From positions 1 to 41,218 of IMG/VR virus record IMGVR_UViG_3300030433_001389: a stretch of DNA of 41,218 bases. One strand, 5' to 3'. The notes below the pieces were generated by a model. It ran no database searches. It was given only the letters and a program-made list of their open reading frames with translations, and was not told the DNA's origin. A program made the position numbers and the translations under genes. The stretch is from a virus. Lineage: Duplodnaviria; Caudoviricetes. This document shows, piece after piece, positions 28,340-37,810 of the stretch. The number at the start of each line of letters is the position of its first letter. Within the stretch, counting starts at the first letter, position 1.

Positions 28340-29249
28340 CATGGTAAAGATATACGATGACGGCTCTTCATATGCATGGACCCCCAAAATGGGTAAAGAT
28401 GGAATCATTATTCGCATCAGCAAATCAACTGCTGGCTCACTAGGATGGTGCGCGCAGCAGATGTGGTTGCAGCATAACTATCCCCGACCACAGGAACTTG
28501 TCAAGCATCTTGTTGTGGGTGATGATGTTCACAACGGTTTGGACCTTATGTATCAAGAGTTAGAAGAAGATAAGCAGTTACTTACTAAGTTGATTGAATC
28601 TGATTCGGACTTGAGAAAATATCTGAAAGGTAAGATACCTACAATGAAAACTATTGTCAATAATCGTCGCGCGGAAAACAAAGAGTTTCCATTCTATGAT
28701 GAGGACTATTACCGCAACATGAATTGGTTAGTTGAATACGAGAATCTAAGGATGAAGATTGACAAAAAGAACCCACTACCACTAGCAAATGAAGTACGCA
28801 TTGATGTTAAGATTGATGTTGATATTGAAGGGTATGGAACCATACCTGTTCAGTTCGTCGGTATCATTGACCGCGTGTTCAAGGCTGATGATGGAGGGCT
28901 ACTTCTGTTTGAGTTGAAGACCGGCAAGTGGAAAGACAACAAAGCAAGTGAGATGAGAAAGGAAATGTCATACTACAAGTTCTTGATTGATAATTGCGAT
29001 AGCGCGTATTTGAAAGAGAAAGGTATTGACCGCCCTGTTACTCAATGGGGTTGGAGATATTCAGCCGCAGACCATTGGACTATCGAACCTGTCAAAAAGG
29101 TAAGCGAGCGTAGTATGATGAAGCGTCTGAAAGATTTGATAAAGATGTATCTTGACGAGCATTTCCCTACGACGACACAAGACTTCAAATGTTCATACTG
29201 TGATTTGATTGAGTTGTGTCCTAAGTATGCTGTGCAGGTGAGCGAATGA
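28332..29249 (+). CDS. Cas4-like / RecB-family PD-(D/E)xK exonuclease
   Basis: N-terminal Cys, GDDVH, GIIDRV, ELKTG, C-terminal CSYC..LCP (Fe-S staple); start may be 28341. Confidence 0.88.
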   Translation: MIDMVKIYDDGSSYAWTPKMGKDGIIIRISKSTAGSLGWCAQQMWLQHNYPRPQELVKHLVVGDDVHNGLDLMYQELEEDKQLLTKLIESDSDLRKYLKGKIPTMKTIVNNRRAENKEFPFYDEDYYRNMNWLVEYENLRMKIDKKNPLPLANEVRIDVKIDVDIEGYGTIPVQFVGIIDRVFKADDGGLLLFELKTGKWKDNKASEMRKEMSYYKFLIDNCDSAYLKEKGIDRPVTQWGWRYSAADHWTIEPVKKVSERSMMKRLKDLIKMYLDEHFPTTTQDFKCSYCDLIELCPKYAVQVSE

Positions 29250-29404
29250 GAGAGTGTGAATTGTGTGGGACCAAAACGAATAATGGTATGCGTCATGCAA
29301 AGCATGTTGCTTGTTTTCAATGCATTGATAAGGTACTTGAGTTTTGCATTACTGCGGGAATGAAGTTAGGCGAAGGTGATGGATTTGAACCCTCTTCACT
29401 TTGA
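29246..29404 (+). CDS. 52-aa Zn-finger microprotein (not in ORF track)
   Basis: CELC...CFQC; ATGA overlap. Confidence 0.6.
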   Translation: MRECELCGTKTNNGMRHAKHVACFQCIDKVLEFCITAGMKLGEGDGFEPSSL

Positions 29405-30455
29405 TTTCCCTAAAGAAGTTGGACTGTTCAGAAAGATAGTCCACGACAATTCTGAGTTTGAGAAGTATTGGAGTGGGTTGCAAAACTCACAGTGCGCGTA
29501 TATGTCGGTCTATGGTTTCCGAGCATTGAAGCCAAACAAACGCCGCGCGGAATACAATACTGCAATCATCAAACATTTCGTGCTGGACTTCGATAAGAAG
29601 TATCGCAAGGGTAGTAACATGATTGAAGTTGATGGTGATGAAGTAGTCGAACAGGTTAGACGCTTACACTATGGTCTTCTAGGTGCAGACATCAATCATG
29701 GTGTTTGGTTCAGTGGTAATGGATTTCATGTATGGATTTCACTTGATAAGACACACTTACCTTCGTCGGGTACACAGGTTACCCACATCAAAGCAGCAGG
29801 TAAGAAGGTCATCAACAAGTGGAAGAAGGACATGGAATTGTATTGCATGGACCCAACAGTGCCATTTGATACTGCGCGTATGATTAGAGTTCCTAATTCC
29901 TACAACGCTAAACAACATGTTCTCCGATGGAGCATTCCACTCAAGACAGAAGACATACTGAAGTCATGGGATGAGATATGCGAAATGGCAGAGAAGCCTA
30001 AGAATACTGCGTATTTCTATGGTAGCAAAGGTGTTGAACTCCCTGTTAAGGAAGTTCGTGAAAAGCAATTCAAGGTAACAGGTGACCCTGTTGAGTTTGA
30101 TACAGTCAAGATGGGTAGCATCAAGATACTACCGTGTCTGATGGAGGCAGCATGTCAAGTGGGTAGTAACCCACCACATATCAGCCGCGCAAGTTTGGCT
30201 ATCTATCTTGCTTCTAGGTTACGAAACTTCTTGCCTGTTCAGCGCACAACCGCGGAGATGAGAGAGAAACACATACTGACTATCGGTGATTTCATAGAGA
30301 GTTTACAGTGGGCTGATTACGACCCATCTGTTACTCAGTATCAAGTCGGTTCTATTGTTAACGGCGGTTACATGGAAAGATGTGAGAGTCTAATTGGTAA
30401 GGGTTTATGTATTGGCCGATGTCAATTGTGGGATGGTACGGGAGAGTTGATTTAA
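29376..30455 (+). CDS. archaeo-eukaryotic primase, PriS-PriL(CTD) fusion
   Basis: LDFD, SGNGFH, RMIRVPNS; C-terminal LPCL..H.SR..C..C..C. Confidence 0.88.
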   Translation: MMDLNPLHFDFPKEVGLFRKIVHDNSEFEKYWSGLQNSQCAYMSVYGFRALKPNKRRAEYNTAIIKHFVLDFDKKYRKGSNMIEVDGDEVVEQVRRLHYGLLGADINHGVWFSGNGFHVWISLDKTHLPSSGTQVTHIKAAGKKVINKWKKDMELYCMDPTVPFDTARMIRVPNSYNAKQHVLRWSIPLKTEDILKSWDEICEMAEKPKNTAYFYGSKGVELPVKEVREKQFKVTGDPVEFDTVKMGSIKILPCLMEAACQVGSNPPHISRASLAIYLASRLRNFLPVQRTTAEMREKHILTIGDFIESLQWADYDPSVTQYQVGSIVNGGYMERCESLIGKGLCIGRCQLWDGTGELI

Positions 30456-30712
30456 TGCCAAGAGTCAAATGCTATTTTTGTGATGAGCGCGTAACTACTA
30501 AACCATCTATTCTAAAAAACAAATCACACTACATGAGATGCATGAAATGCAGGTCGAAACCACCCGAAGGTAAGTGGAGATGCAAAGCAATCAATACGGC
30601 TTATCAAGTCAAAGGTGAAAGATGCAAAAATTGGGTTGGTGGAATAGGACATGAATACTGTGTTTGTCACGCAAGGAAGGTGAAAAAGAATGAAGCCAGC
30701 ATTGATAATTGA
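30455..30712 (+). CDS. double Zn-finger protein
   Basis: CYFC..CMKC and RCKA..RCKN..YCVCH; TAATG coupling. Confidence 0.7.
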   Translation: MPRVKCYFCDERVTTKPSILKNKSHYMRCMKCRSKPPEGKWRCKAINTAYQVKGERCKNWVGGIGHEYCVCHARKVKKNEASIDN

Positions 30713-31379
30713 CACTAATGAGCGCGGCTCTCTTGTTTCAGCAGTTGAAAGAAGAGCGAAAAGTCGCAACCCTCGGATTGACATATCAAGGGAGAAGTTA
30801 GTCAACGGCGATTACAAATGCGGTGATTGGCTGATTGAAGCCAAGAGCATTGATGACCTGTTCAACTCAATGAGAAACGGTCACTTGATGCGACAACTAG
30901 ACAACATGGATGCTAACGATGGTAACTATGGTCTAGTTATTTGGGGAGAGATAGGTGGTTATGTAAGCCGCGCTAGAGAGCGTGGTTCATCCATAACTGC
31001 TAGTCAAGCACTCAAACAAATGACAGGGTTCCTCGGTAGGGTAGTAGCCGACTTCGGTTGCTTAATTTACCGCGCACCCAATGTAAGCGAGGCTGCACAA
31101 TTTATGGTCGCGCTACATGAAAAAACATACAAGAAAGCAAGCAGACATGGTGCGCAAGCAATTAGACGCGTAAGCACAAATGATGTCCGCAAAGATATGC
31201 TACTCGCAATACCGGGTATCGGTCCCGATATGGTTGAGGCAATCATCGAAGCATGTGGTTCTATTGAAGAAGCCGCATGTGGTGATTGTTTGCGTAATGT
31301 ACCCCGCATGGGAAAAGTGCTACGCAATAGAGTCGTTGAAGTTCTTACAAGCGAAGACGAAGTTCGCTTCGAGAGGTGA
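30690..31379 (+). CDS. ERCC4/XPF-family structure-specific nuclease
   Basis: IIDTNE, GDY, IEAKSIDDL, two HhH motifs (IPGIG, VPRMG). Confidence 0.9.
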   Translation: MKPALIIDTNERGSLVSAVERRAKSRNPRIDISREKLVNGDYKCGDWLIEAKSIDDLFNSMRNGHLMRQLDNMDANDGNYGLVIWGEIGGYVSRARERGSSITASQALKQMTGFLGRVVADFGCLIYRAPNVSEAAQFMVALHEKTYKKASRHGAQAIRRVSTNDVRKDMLLAIPGIGPDMVEAIIEACGSIEEAACGDCLRNVPRMGKVLRNRVVEVLTSEDEVRFER

Positions 31380-31451
31380 GTATAATGAGTAAATTACTAC
31401 TTACATTCAACAACATTTATCTTTATAATAATAAGGCGATAAATGATAAAA

Positions 31452-31468
31452 CGAGAAATGGTTATAGA
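31452..31468 (+). promoter_or_regulatory. archaeal BRE-TATA promoter candidate
   Basis: cgagaaatgg-TTATAG after an AT-rich spacer, upstream of the helicase gene. Confidence 0.5.
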
Positions 31469-31531
31469 CTGAATACGACCACAGCCGGGTTGCCCCCGCT
31501 GAAACATTCAGCAACAGTGGAGATGAGATAA

Positions 31532-32962
31532 ATGCCCCAAAGACAATGGAACCAATATACCGCAATAAAAGAATACCCGATAATGAAGAACTACTTAGAG
31601 AGATTCAGAAAGACATCTTTCTTTAATGAAATCCCCGGATTGATTTCGTTCTTCTATCTTCAAGGTCAAGCCCTTGTTGATTATGTTAGAATACCCGTAT
31701 GGGCCAGCGCACTAGACCCTAGAATCCATGTGTTTTGGATTCAAGCAACAAGGTCCGGTAAGTCAATCGCTTGGGAGTTCACAGGTGAAGTCGCTGAACT
31801 TGCAGGTCTTGATATTGATATGTTTACAAGTGGAACTGACAGCGCGCTAATAGGGTCTATTGACTCTGTGAGTGACGGTAACGGAGGTTACGAGATTGTG
31901 CAGAATCAAGGACTGCTAGGTGGAAAGAAGTGTTTGAACTTTGATGAAGGTTCAATCCTACTGCAATCAAATCCGAAGCAGTTCTTCTCAGAAGTTATTC
32001 TATACCTTCAGCAAGCAATGAATCCTGTTGGAAGTCACAGTAACACTTTGACTAAACACATGAAGAACGGTACAGTTGAAACAGAGTCACGCGTATCATT
32101 TTGGATTACATCATTCCCACCTAGTGGTGTCAAAGAGTATGTTCTAACCAAAGGATTGTTCCAGCGTGTTCTGTTGCTTTACAGACCGTGGAGTGATGAT
32201 ATGAGACAGATGGTATCTGAGCAGAGAATGTCCGGTGTGTTCCAAAACAAACTATCGGATGTTGATTCGCTTGAAGATATAGCACAACACTTTGTCCGCA
32301 TTCGTGAAAAGACTGAGGCGCGCTTATTGATGCTTGCTAACATGACACATCAAGAGTGGGAGAATCTTGGACCAGCCGGTAAAGAGGAAATAGCACGCGC
32401 TTGTATGCACGACATGTTTAGCATTGATGCATCGGTCCACCCTCAACTAATGGCATCTGTTGATGAATATTACACACTTGTCCGTGGTATGGAAAAGCAT
32501 CTGTCTGATGTTGTGTGTTCATTCATTCCGAATGTTTTGAACTACACTTGTCTATTCGCTACACACTTAGCGTTGGTTAGAGTTGAGCGTGATGACATAC
32601 CTATTGATGGTGATTGGAAGGTCACAGGTGACGACATTGAAATGGCGACTGAAATCCTCTATGATATATACGAGCAACTTGTCCTTTGGCTTGAGTCCGA
32701 AGTTGAAGTTGGTGCTAAGGCTGCTGAGAAAGCAGCGCGTAAAGACGAGTGGTTGAATGCAATGAAGCCTTGTAAGACTGTTGATATAGAAAACAAGGGT
32801 GATGGATGGGTCTTGAAGAATGAGATGTTCGACCGATATGCTAGCCAATTAGGTAAGAGCAAGCCAACTGTTTACAAGAGGTTCAAAGATGTTGAAGGTC
32901 TATTCAAGACTTTCAAGATTGGTAATGCCGTCTATGTCAAACTCAAGGAGGAATCTCAATGA
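31532..32962 (+). CDS. divergent MCM-like AAA+ helicase
   Basis: ATRSGKS Walker A, GxLGG..LNFDEG Walker B, LQQAM, LFQR Arg finger, VTGDDIEMA, C-terminal wHTH-like region. Confidence 0.7.
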   Translation: MPQRQWNQYTAIKEYPIMKNYLERFRKTSFFNEIPGLISFFYLQGQALVDYVRIPVWASALDPRIHVFWIQATRSGKSIAWEFTGEVAELAGLDIDMFTSGTDSALIGSIDSVSDGNGGYEIVQNQGLLGGKKCLNFDEGSILLQSNPKQFFSEVILYLQQAMNPVGSHSNTLTKHMKNGTVETESRVSFWITSFPPSGVKEYVLTKGLFQRVLLLYRPWSDDMRQMVSEQRMSGVFQNKLSDVDSLEDIAQHFVRIREKTEARLLMLANMTHQEWENLGPAGKEEIARACMHDMFSIDASVHPQLMASVDEYYTLVRGMEKHLSDVVCSFIPNVLNYTCLFATHLALVRVERDDIPIDGDWKVTGDDIEMATEILYDIYEQLVLWLESEVEVGAKAAEKAARKDEWLNAMKPCKTVDIENKGDGWVLKNEMFDRYASQLGKSKPTVYKRFKDVEGLFKTFKIGNAVYVKLKEESQ

Positions 32963-33183
32963 ACGAACAATACAAGAGACTACTTCGTGAAATACTTGAT
33001 ACACTTGAAGGTGGAGATGTAGCACTCGACTTTGAAGATATGCCAAGCGCGGCTACAACACTTCGTATCATAGCCAATATCGCCGGAACTGCTTTGCGCG
33101 GAGTTGAAGCGATAGAAGAATTGCACAAGATGTTGAATAAAGAGTATGGTGATGAAGATAAGCACAAGGAGTTGAGCAAGTAA
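32959..33183 (+). CDS. hypothetical protein
   Basis: ATGA-coupled, GGAGG SD. Confidence 0.7.
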   Translation: MNEQYKRLLREILDTLEGGDVALDFEDMPSAATTLRIIANIAGTALRGVEAIEELHKMLNKEYGDEDKHKELSK

Positions 33184-33410
33184 TGATTGAACTAATATCG
33201 TGCAATCATAGTACAAGTCATACGAACCTGCAAGTTCAGTTGAAAACAGATGGTAGCATAGCGGCTGTGTGGTGCGCTGATTGCCGAAGAATGCTCTCGA
33301 CTGAAACTGTTAAAGGAATCGAAACCCGTCATTGTGTTGAAAACATGGACTCAAAGGTTGAAAAGTACAACAAGGCTGTAAAAGGTGATAGAGGTGACAA
33401 AGATGAGTAA
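33183..33410 (+). CDS. small Zn-binding protein
   Basis: CNH...CADC; TAATG coupling. Confidence 0.65.
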   Translation: MIELISCNHSTSHTNLQVQLKTDGSIAAVWCADCRRMLSTETVKGIETRHCVENMDSKVEKYNKAVKGDRGDKDE

Positions 33411-34008
33411 AGTAATGGCGATTGATATTGAAACTGCAAACTACTCTCATGAGATAGGCGGTTGGGATAATACCCATATGTTTGAGCCAACAGTTGTCGC
33501 TACTTGGGATGGTGAAGAAGCACACGCATTCACCAAAGCCGATGATGTTATTGTAGCAGACGCGCATATGCACCCTCTTCACCCTAGAGATTTAGGTGAG
33601 CATCTAAAGAAGCATGTTGACAACGGTGGTATCATCGTCGGACACAACATACGAGGCTTTGACCTACCCGTTCTCCGTGACGCACTTGACATGCATTATG
33701 CCGGAGTCCTTCTCAACAAAGCAGACCAGCATCTTATTGACACATCTTGGACCGTAAGAAGTGTAGCAGGTAAGAGTCATCACCTTGACTCTCTGTGTAA
33801 GCACACGCTTGGTAAAGGAAAAGAAATCATGGAATCAGCAGACGCGCCTGTTGCTTGGAAAGAAGGTCGCTACGCTGATGTTATCAAATACTGCATAGCA
33901 GATTGCAAACTCAATTATGACTTGTTCCTTCATGGGAGGGATGAAGGCTTTGTGAAAAGCCGTAATGAAGAGACAGGACTAATTGAAGAATACCAAATTG
34001 GATGGTGA
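33403..34008 (+). CDS. DEDD / RNase H-like 3'-5' exonuclease
   Basis: AIDIET, GHNIRGFDL, YCIAD. Confidence 0.88.
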   Translation: MSKVMAIDIETANYSHEIGGWDNTHMFEPTVVATWDGEEAHAFTKADDVIVADAHMHPLHPRDLGEHLKKHVDNGGIIVGHNIRGFDLPVLRDALDMHYAGVLLNKADQHLIDTSWTVRSVAGKSHHLDSLCKHTLGKGKEIMESADAPVAWKEGRYADVIKYCIADCKLNYDLFLHGRDEGFVKSRNEETGLIEEYQIGW

Positions 34009-34015
34009 AGCCCCT

Positions 34016-35527
34016 ATGTCTGAAGAGAGAAAAACAGGAAGAGAAGCACAATTGAGCAACATACGAGCAGCGGTACAAGTCGCTGAAACCGTGAGGTCCA
34101 CACTTGGACCCGCGGGTATGGATAAAATGTTAGTTGACGAGCGCGGAGAATCAATAGTTACCAACGACGGTATCACGATTCTCCGAGAACTAAGTACCGG
34201 ACATCCCGGTGCGCAAATGATGGTTCAAGCAAGTCAAACACAAGAGGAAACATGCAAAGACGGTACGACCAGCGTTGTCGTGTTAGCCGGTCAAATGCTT
34301 GCACTAAGCGAGGGGCTACTGATGCGTGGCATCCACCCTCAAACTATTGTGCGCGCATTTAACAAAGCATCAAAACTTGTTCTAAATGATATGCCGAATT
34401 GGGAAATGCAAGTTGAGAAAATGTCTGTTGCAGCAACCGCTTTGCGTGGTAAAGCATCTGAATCTGCTCTTGGGTTTGCAGCCCAATTATGTTCAGATGC
34501 AGCCGCAAGAGCAAATGGGGATGCAGACCGTATTCGTACACTTACACAAGCAGGTGGAGATATGTCGGATTCATACATACATAGTGGACTTGTACTCAAC
34601 AAGACTTTTGCTAATCCCGACTACGAGGGTAAAGATAACCCGCGCGTACTAATTCTTGATGGTGGTGTTGATGGTTTCAACTACGAAGATGTTCAGATGT
34701 CGGTCACTGACCCGTCCCATCTAGCGCAAATCAGAGATGAAGAAATGAAAATCTTGGGTAATATCTCTCAAGCAATCACTGAGATTTGTGATGTACTAAT
34801 AGTTCGTGATGGTATTCACGAAGCAGTTGCTAAGTATCTTGATGCGAAAGGTATTGGTGTTGTAAGCCGCGTTCAACAAAGTGACATAGATGCGATTTCA
34901 AGAATTACAGGTGTTCCAATCTATCACAGAATCACTGAGGTTCCCGAAGATTCCGACGGTCACATTATTCATTCGATAAGTGGGTCGATTAAACCTATTC
35001 GTATTGGTGACCTTGATTATGTATCGGTGGAAACAAAGGATAGTGACACTATCACAATGATTATTCGTGGTGCTACCCGACAAACACTTGATGAATATGA
35101 GCGCGCGTTTGATGATGCAGTTGGTGTTGTGTGTCTATACATGAAAGACGATAGAGTGTACCCCGGTGGTGGTGCAGTTTTGTCTAAGTCAGCAATGAAG
35201 GTTCGTGAGTACGCTACACATGAATCAAATCTAACTGCGCGTGAAAGAATGTGCATGGAAGCGTATGCTGATTCACTTGAAATTATACCAGCGGCTATTG
35301 CGAGCAACGCAGGTATGGACCCGCTTGATGTAGTCATGGAACTAAGGTCTGCGCCTTCGGAGTTTGGTATATTCATAGACTTTGCAGGTGAAGGTAACAT
35401 ATGTAACACAAAGGACATGGGTGTTTGGGAACCTGCTGCTCTTGTTGAACAGATAATCAAGTCGGCTACCGAAGTCGCTTGCTCAATACTACGCATTGAT
35501 GACATCATAGCAAGGAGAGGTGATTGA
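34016..35527 (+). CDS. ths: thermosome (group II chaperonin)
   Basis: STLGPAGMDKMLV, TNDGITIL, DGTTS, PGGGA, ILRIDDII. Confidence 0.96.
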   Translation: MSEERKTGREAQLSNIRAAVQVAETVRSTLGPAGMDKMLVDERGESIVTNDGITILRELSTGHPGAQMMVQASQTQEETCKDGTTSVVVLAGQMLALSEGLLMRGIHPQTIVRAFNKASKLVLNDMPNWEMQVEKMSVAATALRGKASESALGFAAQLCSDAAARANGDADRIRTLTQAGGDMSDSYIHSGLVLNKTFANPDYEGKDNPRVLILDGGVDGFNYEDVQMSVTDPSHLAQIRDEEMKILGNISQAITEICDVLIVRDGIHEAVAKYLDAKGIGVVSRVQQSDIDAISRITGVPIYHRITEVPEDSDGHIIHSISGSIKPIRIGDLDYVSVETKDSDTITMIIRGATRQTLDEYERAFDDAVGVVCLYMKDDRVYPGGGAVLSKSAMKVREYATHESNLTARERMCMEAYADSLEIIPAAIASNAGMDPLDVVMELRSAPSEFGIFIDFAGEGNICNTKDMGVWEPAALVEQIIKSATEVACSILRIDDIIARRGD

Positions 35528-35662
35528 TTGGATTTACTCAGCGCGCTTGGCTATTGCGTACTAGGATTAGTTGCGATTGAAGTCACATACTTCGTTGCTA
35601 ATCAGATAGTAAGCGCGCTGAGTAACATTCCCAATCCCTATCTTATTGACGAGGAAGAGTAG
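35528..35662 (+). CDS. 44-aa putative membrane microprotein (not in ORF track)
   Basis: TTG start after GGTGA; hydrophobic LLSALGYCVLGLVAIEVTYFVA, acidic tail. Confidence 0.55.
   Translation: MDLLSALGYCVLGLVAIEVTYFVANQIVSALSNIPNPYLIDEEE
35534..35625. repeat. long hairpin with 15-bp perfect inverted arms at the junction of convergent arms
   Basis: TTACTCAGCGCGCTT (35534-35548) / AAGCGCGCTGAGTAA (35611-35625), plus inner GATTAG/CTAATC and GAAGT/ACTTC. Confidence 0.7.
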
Positions 35663-36734
35663 TGTTACCAGCAGCGCGCATAGCATGAAGTTTCAACCTT
35701 CTTTGCTTTGCTTTCTCTGCGTCTTGCGCGAACTCCTTATTTGTTCTAGGTTCAAGTTTTTGTCGCAGTTTTTCTGTATTAGTGTCAATGCGTTGTCTTA
35801 CCGCAGCAGGGTCTTCAACAGGAATAGTGATTCTAGTGCTTGGTACTATTTGACCGTCTAATGTCATCTGTTGTGTTCTGTCCGTAGGTTCGCTATGATA
35901 CATCATATCATTCTGTTGGTTGATTTTTTCCTGTTCTCTTTGGATGCAAGCCAAACACACAGTTTCACCAAAGATTCGATTTGAAGCAAACGCTTGTTGA
36001 CCGTCAACCATAGCATTACATGATGCGCACTGAGCAGATTCCATATCAAGATTCATTTGCGGTGCTTTGACTATCACCATCTTGAGTGTTGAACCCACTG
36101 ATGGATGAGAGCGCGCCCTGTTAGTATGAGGGTCTTCGACAACTATCTTTCCTGTCTTGGTGTGGCTCATGTCACCACCGCCCTTACCTGCAACGCCGCG
36201 CTTGCGACGCTCTCTCTCCAACTCCCGTCGGTATTTCTTACGCGCGGGCGTGGACTCGTATTCTGTTTCGTACTTGCGTTTATGGGCTAAGGCTTTAGGT
36301 GACTTTGCTTCTTTTTTTACATTCATTGGTTTAACAACAATGTTTCTTCGCGAAGGCATATCCTTCTTTTGAGTAACACGCACTCCATAGTCTTGAGGGT
36401 ATTTCTTTCTGCCCTTGCGCGGTCTATATGGTCCACGCTTAGGTAAATCCCCAACGGGCGAATCACCTCTTACGCCTACCATAACATAATTGCCGTCTTT
36501 GTCAACTCTATGACGAGAACCCCCATGTCCTTTAGTGTCTTCGGGGTCGTTACCGACAATGCTCCAAAACTCATCGGGGTATTCCCCTTGAAGGTAATCT
36601 TTTGTATATTCTTTTGGTTGCGCGCTAACTTGCTGAACAGGCGGTACGCCCGCATATCCGGTATCTCTGTCAAGTTTAGGGTCAAATTGAGGCAGGGATG
36701 TCTGATACTTACGAATAAAATCCCACCAATCCAT
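35643..36734 (-). CDS. mosaic protein (degenerate HNH-like module + CxxC finger)
   Basis: Start MDWWDFIRK with GGTGA SD; RRKRGVAGKGGGDMSHTKTG..EDPHTNRARS; CASC..CLAC. Confidence 0.75.
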   Translation of the reverse strand: MDWWDFIRKYQTSLPQFDPKLDRDTGYAGVPPVQQVSAQPKEYTKDYLQGEYPDEFWSIVGNDPEDTKGHGGSRHRVDKDGNYVMVGVRGDSPVGDLPKRGPYRPRKGRKKYPQDYGVRVTQKKDMPSRRNIVVKPMNVKKEAKSPKALAHKRKYETEYESTPARKKYRRELERERRKRGVAGKGGGDMSHTKTGKIVVEDPHTNRARSHPSVGSTLKMVIVKAPQMNLDMESAQCASCNAMVDGQQAFASNRIFGETVCLACIQREQEKINQQNDMMYHSEPTDRTQQMTLDGQIVPSTRITIPVEDPAAVRQRIDTNTEKLRQKLEPRTNKEFAQDAEKAKQRRLKLHAMRAAGNTTLPRQ

Positions 36735-36739
36735 GAGTG

Positions 36740-37810
36740 TCACCTTTTCATAGCAGGGTTTCCTTTGAGTATCGCCCATGCTAAGTCTATTGGTTTGTCT
36801 GATGATTTGCCGTAATTAACAGGGTCTTCAGCCTCTTCCTCTTGTGGAGAACTTAGTTTCACACCGACTGTCCTCGGTTGTGAGAATAATGTTGATGGTT
36901 GCGCTGATATAGTTCCTTCCACATGACGACCGGGGTAACCCCTTTGAGTTGCTAATTGAGATAGGAAATTATTAGCCCTGCTACCCCTCGCCGTTCCTTG
37001 TTGTATCTTATCATAACTCGGAAAACCGAATGGACTCTTAGTATGGTCGGCTTCAGTGTGGGTTCCCGACTCAAGATACCTAGCAGCCATTCTTCGCGCT
37101 TGTTCAAGAGGCATACTTGCGCTGAGAATATTAGTCATGGTTTGTAGTTCGTGGTCGGTGTAACCTTGTTCATCACGCGCTTCTTCATCAGCCTCTTGAG
37201 CCATTCGCTCTTGCGCTTCTTCAGCCTGTTCTCTTTGCGTTCTGCCTCTTGGTCTTTCGTTTCTAGCGGCTCTAGTTGTACCGCCTCTGAAACCTTGTAG
37301 TCTATCCACCAAGTTTTGGAAGTCGCCTTTTAATTCCCAAAAGGGATTCTTTTCAACATACTTTTTGAACTCACTGATAGGTATGCCCTTTTGTTTTAGC
37401 AAGCCCGCCAATTTTTCATTTTCCAAAGGGTTATTACCGCGGTTGCGAGCAAGCATACCTGCCGCTTCAGTTATCATACCCGGAACATCTTGCCTTTGTT
37501 GCATAGCCTCTTCAAACGAATTAGCACCTGTTTTCAAACGCATGAACTGTTCTAATTGTTCCTTGCTCATTCGGGTCTTTTTCAACACTTTGTCTAAATA
37601 TGCAGGGTCTTTTTTCATCATGCGTTTGAAGTTCAAAAATCGCGACATGTTGCGAGTTTTGTTCTCACTTCCTTTTCCGCCACCGCGAGAGCGAACTCTC
37701 TTTTTTGGTTCTTCGTCAGCCTTCTTGACTTTCTCTTTTGACTTAGGTGGTTTAGCACCCATGCCTATTATCAAAACCATGCCGCCCCTCTTCGGTTTTT
37801 CTTTAGCCAT
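36740..37810 (-). CDS. charged hypothetical protein ending in PIDLAWAILK motif
   Basis: Likely start MAKEKPK (GGAG SD); long open frame. Confidence 0.75.
   Translation of the reverse strand: MAKEKPKRGGMVLIIGMGAKPPKSKEKVKKADEEPKKRVRSRGGGKGSENKTRNMSRFLNFKRMMKKDPAYLDKVLKKTRMSKEQLEQFMRLKTGANSFEEAMQQRQDVPGMITEAAGMLARNRGNNPLENEKLAGLLKQKGIPISEFKKYVEKNPFWELKGDFQNLVDRLQGFRGGTTRAARNERPRGRTQREQAEEAQERMAQEADEEARDEQGYTDHELQTMTNILSASMPLEQARRMAARYLESGTHTEADHTKSPFGFPSYDKIQQGTARGSRANNFLSQLATQRGYPGRHVEGTISAQPSTLFSQPRTVGVKLSSPQEEEAEDPVNYGKSSDKPIDLAWAILKGNPAMKR

Noticed and set aside
28332-29249. CRISPR-Cas locus suggested by the Cas4-like gene
   Set aside because: No repeat-spacer array or other cas genes seen; solo Cas4-like nucleases are common in archaeal viruses
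20656-31540. Shared Met-Pro starts (MPFE, MPNL x2, MPMV, MPRV, MPQR) as a signal
   Set aside because: Too short to separate from chance or start-context bias without statistics
1060-35508. Numerous - strand ORFs of 60-163 aa in the left arm
   Set aside because: Antisense shadows of well-supported coupled + strand genes
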